A stretch of 62,924 nucleotides of DNA, the filler included, from Pelomyxa schiedti (Eukaryota; Protista; Evosea), in NCBI GenBank assembly GCA_020536535.1. It is 9 parts of 9 records of this genome, joined end to end, with 100 filler letters (N's around TTAATTAATTAA, not from the genome) between each part and the next. Parts side by side here need not be neighbours in the genome. Positions count along the whole stretch, not along the records: positions 1 to 29,355 come from JAHLWZ010001011.1; 8 more parts are not named here. One strand, 5' to 3'. The notes beneath the pieces are model-generated. The model ran no database searches. It was not told where the DNA came from and saw nothing but the letters and a program-made list of their open reading frames with translations. The position numbers were made by a program, and so were the translations under genes. This document shows positions 13,726 through 25,780 of this stretch, piece after piece. Position 1 is the stretch's first letter; every line of letters begins with the position of its first letter.

Positions 13726-15027
13726 TCACAATTTGGCAAACAACAAGTCCAGTGAAGGAATAACAAAATCTGGGCACTGTAGTTGGGGTAATCCTCCTAC
13801 AAGTGATAACTGTTGAAAATGTTGGTTAAAGAAAAGGAATTGTCTGGCTACCTTTGAGATTAAATTCTGGTCATTTAGGTCATAGGAGTCAGTGGGTGCG
13901 GGTCTGTGTTGTTCGAACTTTTCTCTCAGCACGTCAAGTTCTCGTGTGGAAGTTACACCAGTAAGAACAAGCAAGCTTCGTGTTTTACACACACGAGCAA
14001 ACTGGGGATATATTAGATATTAAGTAAAAGAAGAGAAAACAAAATACTGGGATATCAGTGTGTACACTGTCACCAATAACAAGAGTCCGGGACCGTGTAG
14101 TTGCATTGTCTGGGATACCAAGCTGGGAATAGATCAGGGGAAGAATGGTCGGTAACGGTTTTCCAATAATAATAGGCTGGCGCTTAGAACCAGTGGCAAC
14201 GGCAGCTACCAGAGACCCGCTCCCTGGAAAAAGTGCCTTTTGTGTGGGGAAAACCGGATCTGTATTGGCCGCAATAAATGCTGCACGGGGATTCTGCGCA
14301 TGTATGCATGTATACGCAAGCTTATTAAATGTGGCACCACGGTATAGTCCGACTACGACTGCTTGAACTTCAGGCGAGGCAGATAGTACAGAGAGCTCTG
14401 AGAGGGGAAGTGTTGGGGGATTGAAAGGTTTGTATCCAATACTTTGAAGCTCATGGTTTAACCCTAAAAAATGTTGCATATTTTGTAAAAGGATTTTGTT
14501 AATGGATACAAAGAGTACAAACCTTCTTCCCCAAATACAAGAATTGACGAACCCATAGGAATACGTAGAACATCACGTATATACATTGCAGTTCCCCAAG
14601 CTGTGTTGTAGGCGTCCTCATACTTACAAGAAGGAATCCCAATATCGACCAAGGTTTGGTGAAGTTGTGCTCTTAGATGATTCAGGTTATTTGTAGGCAG
14701 GAATACTCAAATCATTCTCCTCTTGTGAAGGTCGAAAATAGGCGAAAAAAGGAAAGAAACAGCACTAAAGCAAACCTTGAACGTGTACTGTTGTTTGACA
14801 AAAAAATAACTTTCTTTCCGGCTCGATACAACATGTCAGTGAGATGTCTCACTCCAGGGAGTCTGTTGTTTATACAGTGAGAAAACAAACAAAAAAACAA
14901 AAAAAAAAAAAAGGGAAGACAGAATGTACATTTGTCCACCTCTCCATATCACACCATCACAGTCGAATACGAACGTGTCTATCTCCGACATAAGCTCCCG
15001 AAACCGACCACTGGACAGGAACTCCAT
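13726..15027 (-). CDS. HAD-IIA phosphoglycolate/p-nitrophenyl phosphatase
   Basis: FVFDCDGVIW, FLSNNS, IAANTD..FP..PGSG, IIGKP, IGDSVHTDI, LVLTGVT. Confidence 0.9.
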
Positions 15028-15103
15028 CACCAGAAAAGTTTTTGCGTAATGAAGGAATTATTGTTTTGGTGCTTTCTCGTTCGTACCACCTTAAGCGAAC
15101 TAA

Positions 15104-16333
15104 ATGAGCTTGGCACGCTTGGCTGGTTCACTTAAGAAATTGTTGTCGTCACCAACAACAGCAACTGCAACAGAGCCTAACACAACTGAAACAACTCAGC
15201 ATAGGTCAGAGTTGTCCCCAACTCCAGGGATACTGCAAAAAACCAAACAGCCAGTCACCTCCAGGAAAAACTGGGTTGGCGTGTGTGTGTGCGTGCTGGT
15301 CGGGTGCACGAGGGAAACAGCGATGTTTGGACCTGGCAAGTGCATGTGGGCTCTGGTGCCTGTCTTCATTGTAAAGGAAATTCTGCTCCTGATAAAACCA
15401 AACCAGGTTGGTTGTGCCAATCGCAATCAACATGGCACCTAGCCTACTATGTTGTGTCACTTCTTGGAAAAAAACAGCCGCAGGTAATTATGCAATGTTA
15501 GGAAAAATTCTGGCCAAACACGGGATTCAAACTGTCTGATGCTAAGAAATCGGCAACCAAATTGGGACCTAGTTATGGGTAATGTATCCCTCTTAAATCA
15601 CAAATCACGTATTCTATGTGCTCATTTTCTGCAGATATGGCTGGATTCTATCAGGACAATTTGACCTACCAGATGGATCAGGACTTGACCTGTCAGCACC
15701 TTCCAGCTCACTTGGCTGCGCTACTAACTGGGACATTATTCCTCCAGATAAAATCAGACCCAGAAATCCTGACAATCAAACGTTGGGGCCAGAAATGGTA
15801 TCTAGGAGGTAACTTTCCTTTGGTACCATGGTGCACACTCACAGAAAAAAGGTGCTACAAAACCATGTGGAGGGGGACTGGTGGTGCCCCAATGGGTTTG
15901 CTTGGCTGTAACAAGGTCTTCCCAAATACTTTTTCATTTTGTGGCTCTTTTGAGGACCGGCCAGAAGGTTGCCTCTACTGGGTGGTTGTGAACACTTACA
16001 CTGGGGGGTGGGGTGCAAGAAGAGATCCCTTGGTGGTAGTACCAGCACACTGTAAAAGACCAACACAACAGCTTGGAGCAGAATTCACTGTTGAGGTGGA
16101 TTTAGAGGCTGGTACTGTTGAAATATTTCTGGATGGAATTTCACTTGGTCAGCCTCTCACCCTTCCAAGGTTACTTCCAAATTCAATGATACTATGTACT
16201 CACAAGAAACAGGGTTTCACCTAAAGGTGAGAAAATATACTGGTATCATGCATGTTCCATTTGGGGTGCATCAGAAACAATCAAACTTGTTACCCACCCA
16301 CACTACTGGTCAGCTATTCGGTGGCTTTCTTAA
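15104..16333 (+). CDS. Hypothetical protein with SPRY/B30.2-like C-terminal domain
   Basis: FTVEVDLEAGTVEIFLDGISLG and spliced IYWYHACSIW..ETIKLV resemble SPRY strands. Internal exon structure partly uncertain. Confidence 0.5.
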
Positions 16334-16650
16334 TTAGAAGATACTACAAATTCAAATAGTGCCTCCCACCTCAGTCACTGTAAGAACTAGACAAAAGGCC
16401 AAATTCACATGAAAAAAAAGTAGAACCCGCAAAAAAAGCCGGAATCTTTTACCGCTCAGTGATCACAAATGACACCACAATTCCCCTGCATGTAATAGTT
16501 GATGCCAACCAGATCTCGCCTCCCTTTTTTGAGTTTTTAAATTGTCTTTATTCGCGATCTTTCCTTTCGTCGTCGGCGCGGTGCAAACCTTTGAAGGTTC
16601 TATTCGTTGAGGCCTCTGGTACAACGACACCTACAGTAGGATCATAACTT

Positions 16651-19386
16651 ATGAGTAGCGTGTGTTCGTGCGGTGCTGTTTTAGCCGGATCGTACAAGTT
16701 TTGTACTGGTGCGTTTTTCTTTTTTTTTTCCCCCCTCTTTCTCTTGTTGGTGCATGTAATCTACACGAAGCGCCGCTTGTCGCACTGACTTGAAGTTTTT
16801 CTGTAAAATAACGAATAAATAATGCCACTGTAGCATGTGGGCAGGCAAAGAAACCACCAAAGACATCCATAACAAGTGTTACATCAACCACTCCTACACC
16901 TCCACTTTCAAGCAGACCACGGAATGACAGTGGAGGTCCCCCACCAGCACCAGCACCACCACCAAGACTTCTCAAACCTGCAGAAAAACGTGCCATCCCC
17001 ACACTACCAACATCTACAGTTTCGATTACGACATCAACCACTGCCTCTTCTGGGAGGTGCACGAGCCCCGCTAGTCCTGCTCTTGCTTCTCCCCATTCAC
17101 CAAAACCATTTATTGTTCATACTGAGACCGCTTCTGTATCATCCCCAACCCCACCACACTCCCTTAGTGCTGCTCATAATGCGAGCCAGTCTGACCTCAA
17201 GAGGAACAGGGTATCTGGTTGGTTTCCTTCCTGTATTATTGCTATACTGACACCCACAACAAGCGGCGGTATCTTCTCATAAAGATTCCAACAAAGACCC
17301 CAATGGATTTGGGTGGATAGTGAACCCTTCCGAGGTTGGTGCACCTAATATAACCTCATTTTGATGGCAAAAGATGTGCCCTGTGTGCAATAAAGAAGTG
17401 TCACCTTCAGACGAGAAAGTAGTTATTGGAGGGAAAGGTACAGAAACAAACTTTATTCCAGTTCGTGACAGTACTCAGAGCACCATCGAGCTTGTTGGAA
17501 AACCAGGGATAGCCCTGAAAGTACACCAAGCCCAGAAGGTTGCAATGTAATTTACCTCTTCATTCCTGAATTCTCTCAGCACACCCCAAATTTGGTAAAC
17601 CTAGTTCGATTCGACCGCGTAGTATGAATTGCAACGCATTAGCAAATGGGGGTTCTGGGACAGGGCTATCTGGTTCCAATGGTTGTTCTTTTGATGGAAC
17701 ACTATGTCAAACTCATTTTTGATAGAGTGCATTAAACTCAAACCTGTAAAAGCCCTGCCATCTGCACCCCAACCGCATGTACAACCCACAGCTACAAGCA
17801 CGCCAACTCCTACTCCAGCACCAACCCCAGCACCACCTATTCCAACACCCACGCCATCTACCCCTATCACTGCTCCACAAACCTCATCTCCGCCTCCTGT
17901 CCTTTCAACCTCTGCAGCAGAACCCAAGGCCAAAGGGGGGTTAGGATTGGGAAAACTCACGTCATTCATACAAGGCAAGGATCCAACATATGAAGAAAAG
18001 GACAAACTGAAGGAAAAATCGTTCAAGAAAGCATTACTCTCTCCAGAAAGCATCACGTTACAGTGTATGCATATTCACCACTATTTTTGAGGTAATTTTT
18101 TTTTAGCCGTGCTTGGAGAGGGAGCCAATGGAATTGGTCAGTGCGTAAACAAACTGCATTTCTCTCTCCAGACACCACACTCTTCATAGAGACCTTTTCT
18201 TTCGCTATTACTTACTTGAGATAGTACACAAAGCTACTTACAAAGACGGAGTGGTTGCTGTCAAGATGCTAAAATATGTGGAGTATTTTACTCAAGAGCA
18301 ACGAGATGAGTTTATCCGTGAAGTGTCATTATTAAAACAAATCAAAGATGCCCACATAGTGTAAGCACGCACGCCCTTACAACCTCTGAGGCCTTCCAGA
18401 AAATTTGTGGGAATGGTTATCACTGAAGATAAGCTCTGGTTGGTAACAGAATTCGTGGGAGGTGGGACTCTTAAAAGTGCACTTCAAAGAGAACCACTTG
18501 CACTGAAAGTAAAAGTAAAAATCGCTTTGGATGCAGCAATGGGGATAGAAGCACTTCACGCTCACAAAATCATTCACAGGTTAGCCTTGTGGGTTTTTTT
18601 TTCACATTTCCTAATAGCATCAACAAAAACAGAGATGTGAAGAGTGACAATCTAGTACTTTTTCACCACTAAAAAAAAAAGTATAACACTTATTAGTTGG
18701 TTGCCTCTCTTTCAGTCGATACACCCACCACAGTCAAATTAACAGGTGCATCCTTTTTCTGTATGTTTAGTGTTTTGTAACATCATCCAGATTTCGGGGT
18801 AACTCTCACTCCCCACCATTCGTATTCGTCTCTTATCATTTGCAGACAAGTAGAGTTATGAAAAGCAACAACCAAAAAGCTTATACGAAAGGTAATTGAT
18901 ACTTCTGGTAATTCATATTCTAAGGGCATTTTAGGAATAGGAACTCCTATCTGTATGTAATTCGCACATGAGGATACTCACTAACATTTCAATTCCATTT
19001 GATGAGACATGGCTCCAGAGCTTGTAAGTAACCCCTAAGAAATGCGCACCTTTATAACGGCAAACAGATACAAAATCAAAAATACAACAAAGCGGCAGAT
19101 GTTTTCAGGTTTCCCAATGTTTAATATCCCCGTGCAGTAACACCCCTCTAGTTTTGGCATACTCCTCTGGGAGATTCTTGCTCAAAAAGAACCCTACATT
19201 GAGTTCGAGAGCCCCTGGGCAGTTGCTTCGTTTGTTGTTGCAGGCAGCCGGTTGCCAATACCGACTGGGACTCCGCCGGACTTGCAGGCCATCGTGGACG
19301 CATGCTGGGCACAGGATCCTGCAACCCGCCCTACGATGTCCAAGGTTGCTGCCATGCTGCAAGCTTGTTTGAAGTCACTTCGGTGA
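16651..19386 (+). CDS. TKL-type protein kinase with N-terminal zinc ribbon, half-LIM-like finger and Pro-rich linkers
   Basis: Spliced LGEGANGIV, VAVK, HRDVKSDN, DFG, GTPIYMAPE, DVFSFGILLWE. N-terminal CSC...CTAC and CPVC-x17-HRAC. Confidence 0.9.
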
Positions 19387-19554
19387 TCCAATAAAATACC
19401 TCTGGAGTCTACTATTCTCGCGTCTGTTACCTCTGTGACTTGCGCGTAACAATTAATTGCCACTGGTGATAATTTTCAGCTGTAAACACAGCACAGTAAA
19501 GAAAAGCAAAAATATTGTGTTCTATTAGCGCGGTAAAGACACAAGCAAGTTTCT

Positions 19555-20129
19555 CTAGTGAATCTCTTTGAGCTCTCTGAGACGGCGGATGGTGCTGCGT
19601 ACAGTGGCACCAGCGGTGGTACTATGTAAGACGTGGGGTGAGTACGTGAAGAATAAAAAGTGGTGTTGAGACTGTGAGTGAGATTTACCTTAGAATCCAT
19701 GCTCCACCGGCGATTGTTCTTCTGCAGGAATTGCAATGCCAAATGCCCAAAGCTTGTCTCTTGACGTTATCCTGGAGAATATGGTTAGCACCCAAGAGGT
19801 GGGACCAACATAAAGGAAAAGACCATACGAAGAAACAAACGAAAAATGAAGGGAAAAAACCAAAAGGTGGAGAGTTACCACAACAAAATTGTTAGGCACA
19901 AAACAAACGTAATGTATATTTAATTGATAAGGCACGGACCTTTCCGCAAAATGGGCAAGTGTATTTCGCGTGGGCGGCGGCTTCAATTTTCTTTGCCTGC
20001 TTCCTCAAACTAGCACCATATCGTGTGCCGTACTTGCCAACAATGCCTACCTTTTTTGTCCTCTTGGCCTACGAGATGTGGTTGGTCAGACCAACGCCAA
20101 TACGCCGCGAACCGTGTGGTACGTACCAT
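19555..20129 (-). CDS. RPL37A: 60S ribosomal protein L37a (eL43); 4 coding exons, the first is ATG only; absent from the ORF track
   Basis: M|[43 protein letters not shown]|[28 protein letters not shown]|[21 protein letters not shown]. Confidence 0.97.
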
Positions 20130-20796
20130 GGATGTGACTGTCTTGGGTGGTGCGAATGGGAACGGAACGACGCGCGGTGTGAGATCAAGAATTTAAAGAA
20201 AAAAAATGATTCGCCTCATTTCGGTCTTGGCAGTTGCTGGTTTAGCATTAGACCAAACGCAATTGGGCCCGGAGTTCTATTCTCCTGAGGCCTGAAACAT
20301 AAGAAGTCATTCAAACCAATATCTCGACGTTGCAAACACACTTTGTTCCTTGGTTCTTAACCCGTGTGGCACTCTCAGTGTGGCCTCTTCCCTGCTGTGG
20401 ATCTCCATCCTCTCCTTCGGGTTTCCAACACATCCACCGGAACCCGGAAAGGTTCACCTGCCTTTTCCCGAATTCCAACGGACAAGGAACTTTGTTTCGT
20501 CTAAATCAATGGAAGAAAAAAAATGTGATGTACCAACCAAATTCAACTCGGAGTTTGGACCAAAGCGGAAACAGCTCTGCATATTTTAGGGTTCTGTGTC
20601 AATGGAACTGCCCCGAAACAGTTACCCCAAATAAGATCCACCTTAACAAACAGAAGTCTCACGACTAAGAAAAATTGCAGCCTTAATCCAAAAAACAACA
20701 AAACAGACACAAACAGGCAAAAAAGAAAGAAGGGGTCACAACACAACAACATCACAACAACACCCTCAAAATACATAAAAGTAACTCTAACGAACT

Positions 20797-22200
20797 ATGA
20801 CAACGGCGGAGCTACTTGAAAAATGCAACCTTTGGGCATCAAGGGTGGGTGCTCCTTCCTCCCTTTTTTTTAAACACTACGAATATATTTATATTTTTAT
20901 TCCTTTATCGTTTAGCTTTTTTCCCTTTTTACCTTGGTATGTGTGGGCAATGAACTGAACAATAGCAGGTATCGCCCAAGACCGAGGCGTTAATGAGAAT
21001 AACGACCGAGGCCAGCAGCAGGCCCCTTACCCTGGTTGAAGTCGAACTCGCCGAGCAAGTGGCTGGGCAAGTGCTACTAGAGCTCAGGATACTCAAGACA
21101 TCATTGCTTACACTTCCAACCACCACCACGCACCTCGACAGGTCCCCTCTCTCCATTGTGGCTCAGACTCAGCAGCAGCAGGCTCAGCAGCAGCCGCAGC
21201 CCGACTTAGCAAGGCTCGCGCAGATGTACGATCAGACACACCCACCAACTGCGGCCATGATTGCTGCAGCTCTGCAGAAATTACAGCAACCCGGGAGGAA
21301 GGTAATGGAGGCGGGGACTGGTGCTGGGCCTGATTCGGACTTGGCTCTGGAGTCTAGATATATATCACAAGCACAATCATCGCACTCCAAGGCGCCTTCC
21401 TCTAGGCGCCTCTCCCACTCTCCTCGGTGCATTTCGGGACAATCGAATATACAGAGCACACCGCAGGGTTATGCAACTAATATGACTATGGCTCAGGTAG
21501 AACTATCCTCCTCCCACCTTGTAAAATGGTGCAAATAAAATAACGCCAAAAAGCAGGAGTACCTGGAGTCGAAACTTGGTGGACCAACAATAACCAAAGA
21601 ATTGTTGGAGAGTTTCATCAACTCCCTGGAACTCCTTCAACCACAAGGCTCCTCTTCGGGATTTGACACGGCACAGCTTCTCGAACTTATTCTCCCACAA
21701 AACACTCTACCTGCATCACAGAGGCACATCCACCAAGACACGCAGCAACCCAGACAGCACCAACCGAGCAGGGCTCACACCGACCAGCCAGCGATGGATT
21801 CCAGGAAACGCTGGAAGGGCACAGAAAATACACAACCCTCACCGCCATGCCTGGATTCCGTAAACAAGTAAATCCCCCTCTCTTCCGCACGACCAGCCTT
21901 TCATCGAACCTCACATACAACAGGAAGAAAAAAGCAAGAGCAGCAGCACCCACCACACCTTCATCCCGCGGAGCCAACACCATCAGCAACCTACTCAACC
22001 AAGAGGACGAATCACCAGTGCTATCCTACACATTACCAACAAATTCACCTCACAACACCAACATCCTCTCCACTTCACCGTCTTCCTCATCCACATCATC
22101 CTCATCCTCCCCATCAAGTGGCACACCCCCGTGCCCTGTATTGACACCTTGTTGTACTACAACCCTCATCCAAAAACCTTTAGTGGAAAATGGACATTAA
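20797..22200 (+). CDS. Hypothetical low-complexity (Q/S/T-rich) protein
   Basis: Chain of same-strand ORFs joined by plausible GT-AG introns; no domain recognised. Confidence 0.5.
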
Positions 22201-22251
22201 ACTTTTTTGTTTGTGTTATTCTTTTTTGTTTCTTCCCTTACGCATATACAA

Positions 22252-23929
22252 CTAATAACGAGAGGAACGGTCTCTGTCTCTATCCCGACCTCTAAACTCC
22301 CTCTCTCTATCCCTATCTCGGTTGTCTTGACGGTAACGCTCTGGCTCGCTTTCTCTGTCTCGGCTTCTATTGTGGTCCAGGTCTCTGTCACTTCTGCCGA
22401 AATCTCTTTCTGGTGTGGGACTTGGGGTGTTGGGCCTGTATCGGGGTGGGCTAAACAGAGATTAGAAACGGGAAAAAGTGTAAGAAATTATTAACCTGGG
22501 TGAACGAGAAGTTGGCACATGCTCAAGTCTTGAGGAACTAGGATAATATCCAGATGGTGGCGCGGGGCTGTATCTACTGTAATATGGAGCCGCACCATAG
22601 CCAGGAGGTGTCACATAGCCATAGGGACCAGGGTAAGGATAGCCTGAAACCATGTTCGTAACTGCAGGATACGTTGGAGCACTGCTTCGGGAAGATACAG
22701 CTGGTGTGGTAGTTAGTTTAAAGAAAAAAAAATGGTGCTACAGACAAGTCCTTGAGGAGCTGGGTCTTCTATGGATTGTATCTAGCCCAAGATAATGACC
22801 GGGTGTAGGTGAACGGGAACGGTCTCGGCGAGCCTGCAGGCAGTACAGAAAAATTGGTTATTGTCTCTGTGAGGGTGTCCTTGGGTGCTGGCGGATGGGT
22901 TTTTGTTGTTGGTTGACTGCTTTTATTTATGTGTTCGCTTGTGAGGTTGCTTATTGTTTATTTGCGGTCTTGATATTTGGTGGTTCATGTGGATGAAGCA
23001 CATTGAATTTGCAGATTGTTATTTGGGATTATGAAATCCAAGTGGAAGATCTAGGTGGCTGATTTTTGTGGTTTTTTTTTTGGTAGAGAGTTGCTGGGTA
23101 TGTGAAATTTGAAAACTGCAGGAGAAAGCGAGAAAATACAGGACAACAAAAACAATTAGGAATGCATTTGTTGTGGAGGAAGGGGATTGATTGCCACACC
23201 TTCTCTATAAGTATCTGCCTCCCATCCAACTCCGTCCTATTCATTTTTTGTATGATTTCATCGGCTTCTTCTTTGCTAGACATGGTAACAAATGCAAATC
23301 CACGAGATTCATGAGTTCGTGGATCTCTGACAAGTTTAATTCGCAAAACCTTTTACATGTTACTGCTGAATAAGGGGAAATAGAAGCTAACTGTTCCGTA
23401 ATGCTCTAGTTTGGAGCTGAGATCGGCTTCCCGAGTTTTACTTGAAAGTCCTAGAATGTTTAGAGGGGAAAAGGTTGAAAGAGGGACTAGCCTGACACAT
23501 AGAGTGCCACAGAATTCTTTGCGGAATCACGCCTCCCATACTCTCTATTGTTTCTTTGGAAGTTGAAACATAAGTGAATGAACCAAACCTCTGTGGAGAT
23601 CTTGACCGAGAGCGAGATCTCCCTTCTTTTCTGGCAGGTGAAGACTCGTTTCGTCTACTCACAACTTCTGTGCCTGTTCTTGAGTCTTTGCCATGACTTC
23701 TACTCCTCTCATCACTTTTCGTGTTCCTATCGTGATCCCTTGAGCTGTCGCGGCCACTTTCACTTGGTCGTCTTTCACGTACTGGTTGCTCTTTCGTCGG
23801 ATGTCTGTCTATGCCTCCTTTATCAGAGTCCGCACATCGGTCTGCATTCGCATCTCGAGATACACTCGTTTGTTCTTCCTTTGTCGACTCACTCGTTGTC
23901 TCACCCAAAGTACTTGCTTGCTCTGGCAT
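22252..23929 (-). CDS. Transformer-2-like RS/RRM splicing regulator
   Basis: RSRSRSRSP, RRM with VRDPRTHESRGFAFVTM, post-RRM ARRDRSRSPTPGHYLG, and RD/RS-rich tail. Confidence 0.85.
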
Positions 23930-24159
23930 TAATTTGTTAGTTAGTGACAACAAAATAATAAAACCAACGGGATAAGGCGAAAAAACTAAGGTGTTGCGGC
24001 AGGTACCTGTCATGTAAAAAAAAAAAAAATTGCTTATTGCCAGTTGCAGCAGATCAAGGGGATCTTGTTGAATTTCGTTGATTTGTTTCTTCTGTTTTCT
24101 CCTTCCCTTTTTTTTCTTTTTCAAGTTTTTGACAACAATCCCCTGATCGATCGTAAGGA

Positions 24160-25611
24160 ATGGCCACGAGCGCTAGCATGAGTCAAAACAAAGAAAAAAA
24201 ACAAGAGAAAGCGGCACTGCACTTCCTGCACTTCATTGCTGGAGGGTATGCGGAAGGACCCTCCTTTTTGTTCGGATATTGCCCTCCTCACATTGTCGTA
24301 GTATTGGTGGTGTCATTGGTGCCGTTGTCACGGCCCCTATTGACGTAGCGAAAACACGTTTGCAGGTTTGTGGTTTCCTCTTTTTGCATTTCTTTTTTTA
24401 AGACGTGCAGGCATCAACCAAGGTCACAGCACCTTTTGGTCTTCGCACAGCTTCAGCATTGCGGTATGGTGTTGTTGCAATACTAATTTGCTGTTAAAAC
24501 TCCGTCAAGGGATATTTATTACACGGATGGGTTTAAAGGCTACTTTGCTGGACTGGGACCCACTGTTTACGGGGTTTTACCCATGCGAGCTATGTTCTTT
24601 GCATCATCTTCAGTGACTGAAAAGCAGCTCGCAAAAGTTGGAGTCAAAAAGAATAGCGCTCTTTCGAACTTGATATCTTCCGTGATTGCAGGTATTGGCA
24701 ATACGTCCGCTATTGCAATTCTCACTCTCTTCCCTAGGTGCTGTAGTACAAACAGCAATGTGCCCCGTTTGGGTTGTAAAGACGCGCATGATTTTAGGCA
24801 ACAACTCCAAGGACAAAAAGGTAACATTCTTTCGGTTTTCTGTTTGATCACACAGTTTAGCCTGCAGGCACCTTTACAGTAATGAAAGAAATCTACAACA
24901 CTGAGGGTGTCCGTGGCCTCTTTGGCGGTCTTTTGCTCTCATACCTGGGTAAGGTTCCTCTTTCTAGGGGAAAAAAAGTGAAAAACACCTAGGTATTTCT
25001 GAGAATGCCATCCAATTCGTGCTTTTTGAGCAGCTGAAGCTTTCTCTCCAAGAAAAACGCAAGAAGGAAGCATTGAAGCTTCAAGCAGGTACTGCATGGT
25101 CAGTAGTAATTATTTACCTAATTTGTCGCAAAAGCCCATTCCAAGCCTGGAACAACCGTAAACACAGCTGTTTCTATCAAGCCCCAAGAGCCAACAGCAC
25201 TTGAAACTTTTGCTCTGGCCAGCTTCTCAAAACTTGTTGCCTCTGCTGTTACTTATCCTCACGAGGTACAAACTACATTCTCCTTCAGCTTGTCACGATG
25301 AGTAGGTTTTGCGGACACGGTTGCGTTCCGGCGATTCTCGTTACACAGGGTTCATACAAGTAGGAATCCACTAACTTTTTTAACGTAACTAACGTATCTT
25401 CCAGTGTGCCAAGGTTGTGTACGCTCAAGAGGGTGTGAGAGGGCTTTACGCCGGCATTGCCCCACATCTCCTCCGTGTCGTACCGAACGCGGCTGTTATG
25501 ATGCTCACACACGATTTGATTGTCAGGTTTGTTTCCTTTCGAATAGTTGAATATCTATCTCACCAAGTCAATCGTAGCTACGGAACCAAAGTACTCACAA
25601 AACGCTCATGA
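24160..25611 (+). CDS. Mitochondrial carrier family protein, Rim2/SLC25A33/36-like
   Basis: HFIAGG.GG..GAVVTAPIDVAKTRLQ, PVWVVKTRM, TYPHEVLRTRLR, EGVRGLYAG...HLLRVVPN. Confidence 0.88.
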
Positions 25612-25780
25612 AGACGATTTGTTTAGCCAACGGAAAAAAGAAGAAAATTTTAAAATTGTTTTTACAACTATTGTAGCATAATATTTGTAAATCAAGTCCT
25701 CACTTGGTTCTACACATTCATGAGTGGCTTGTTTACCTACTCTTTGTGCTTTGGTGTGTTTGCAGTCTTGTAGTTTTGCT

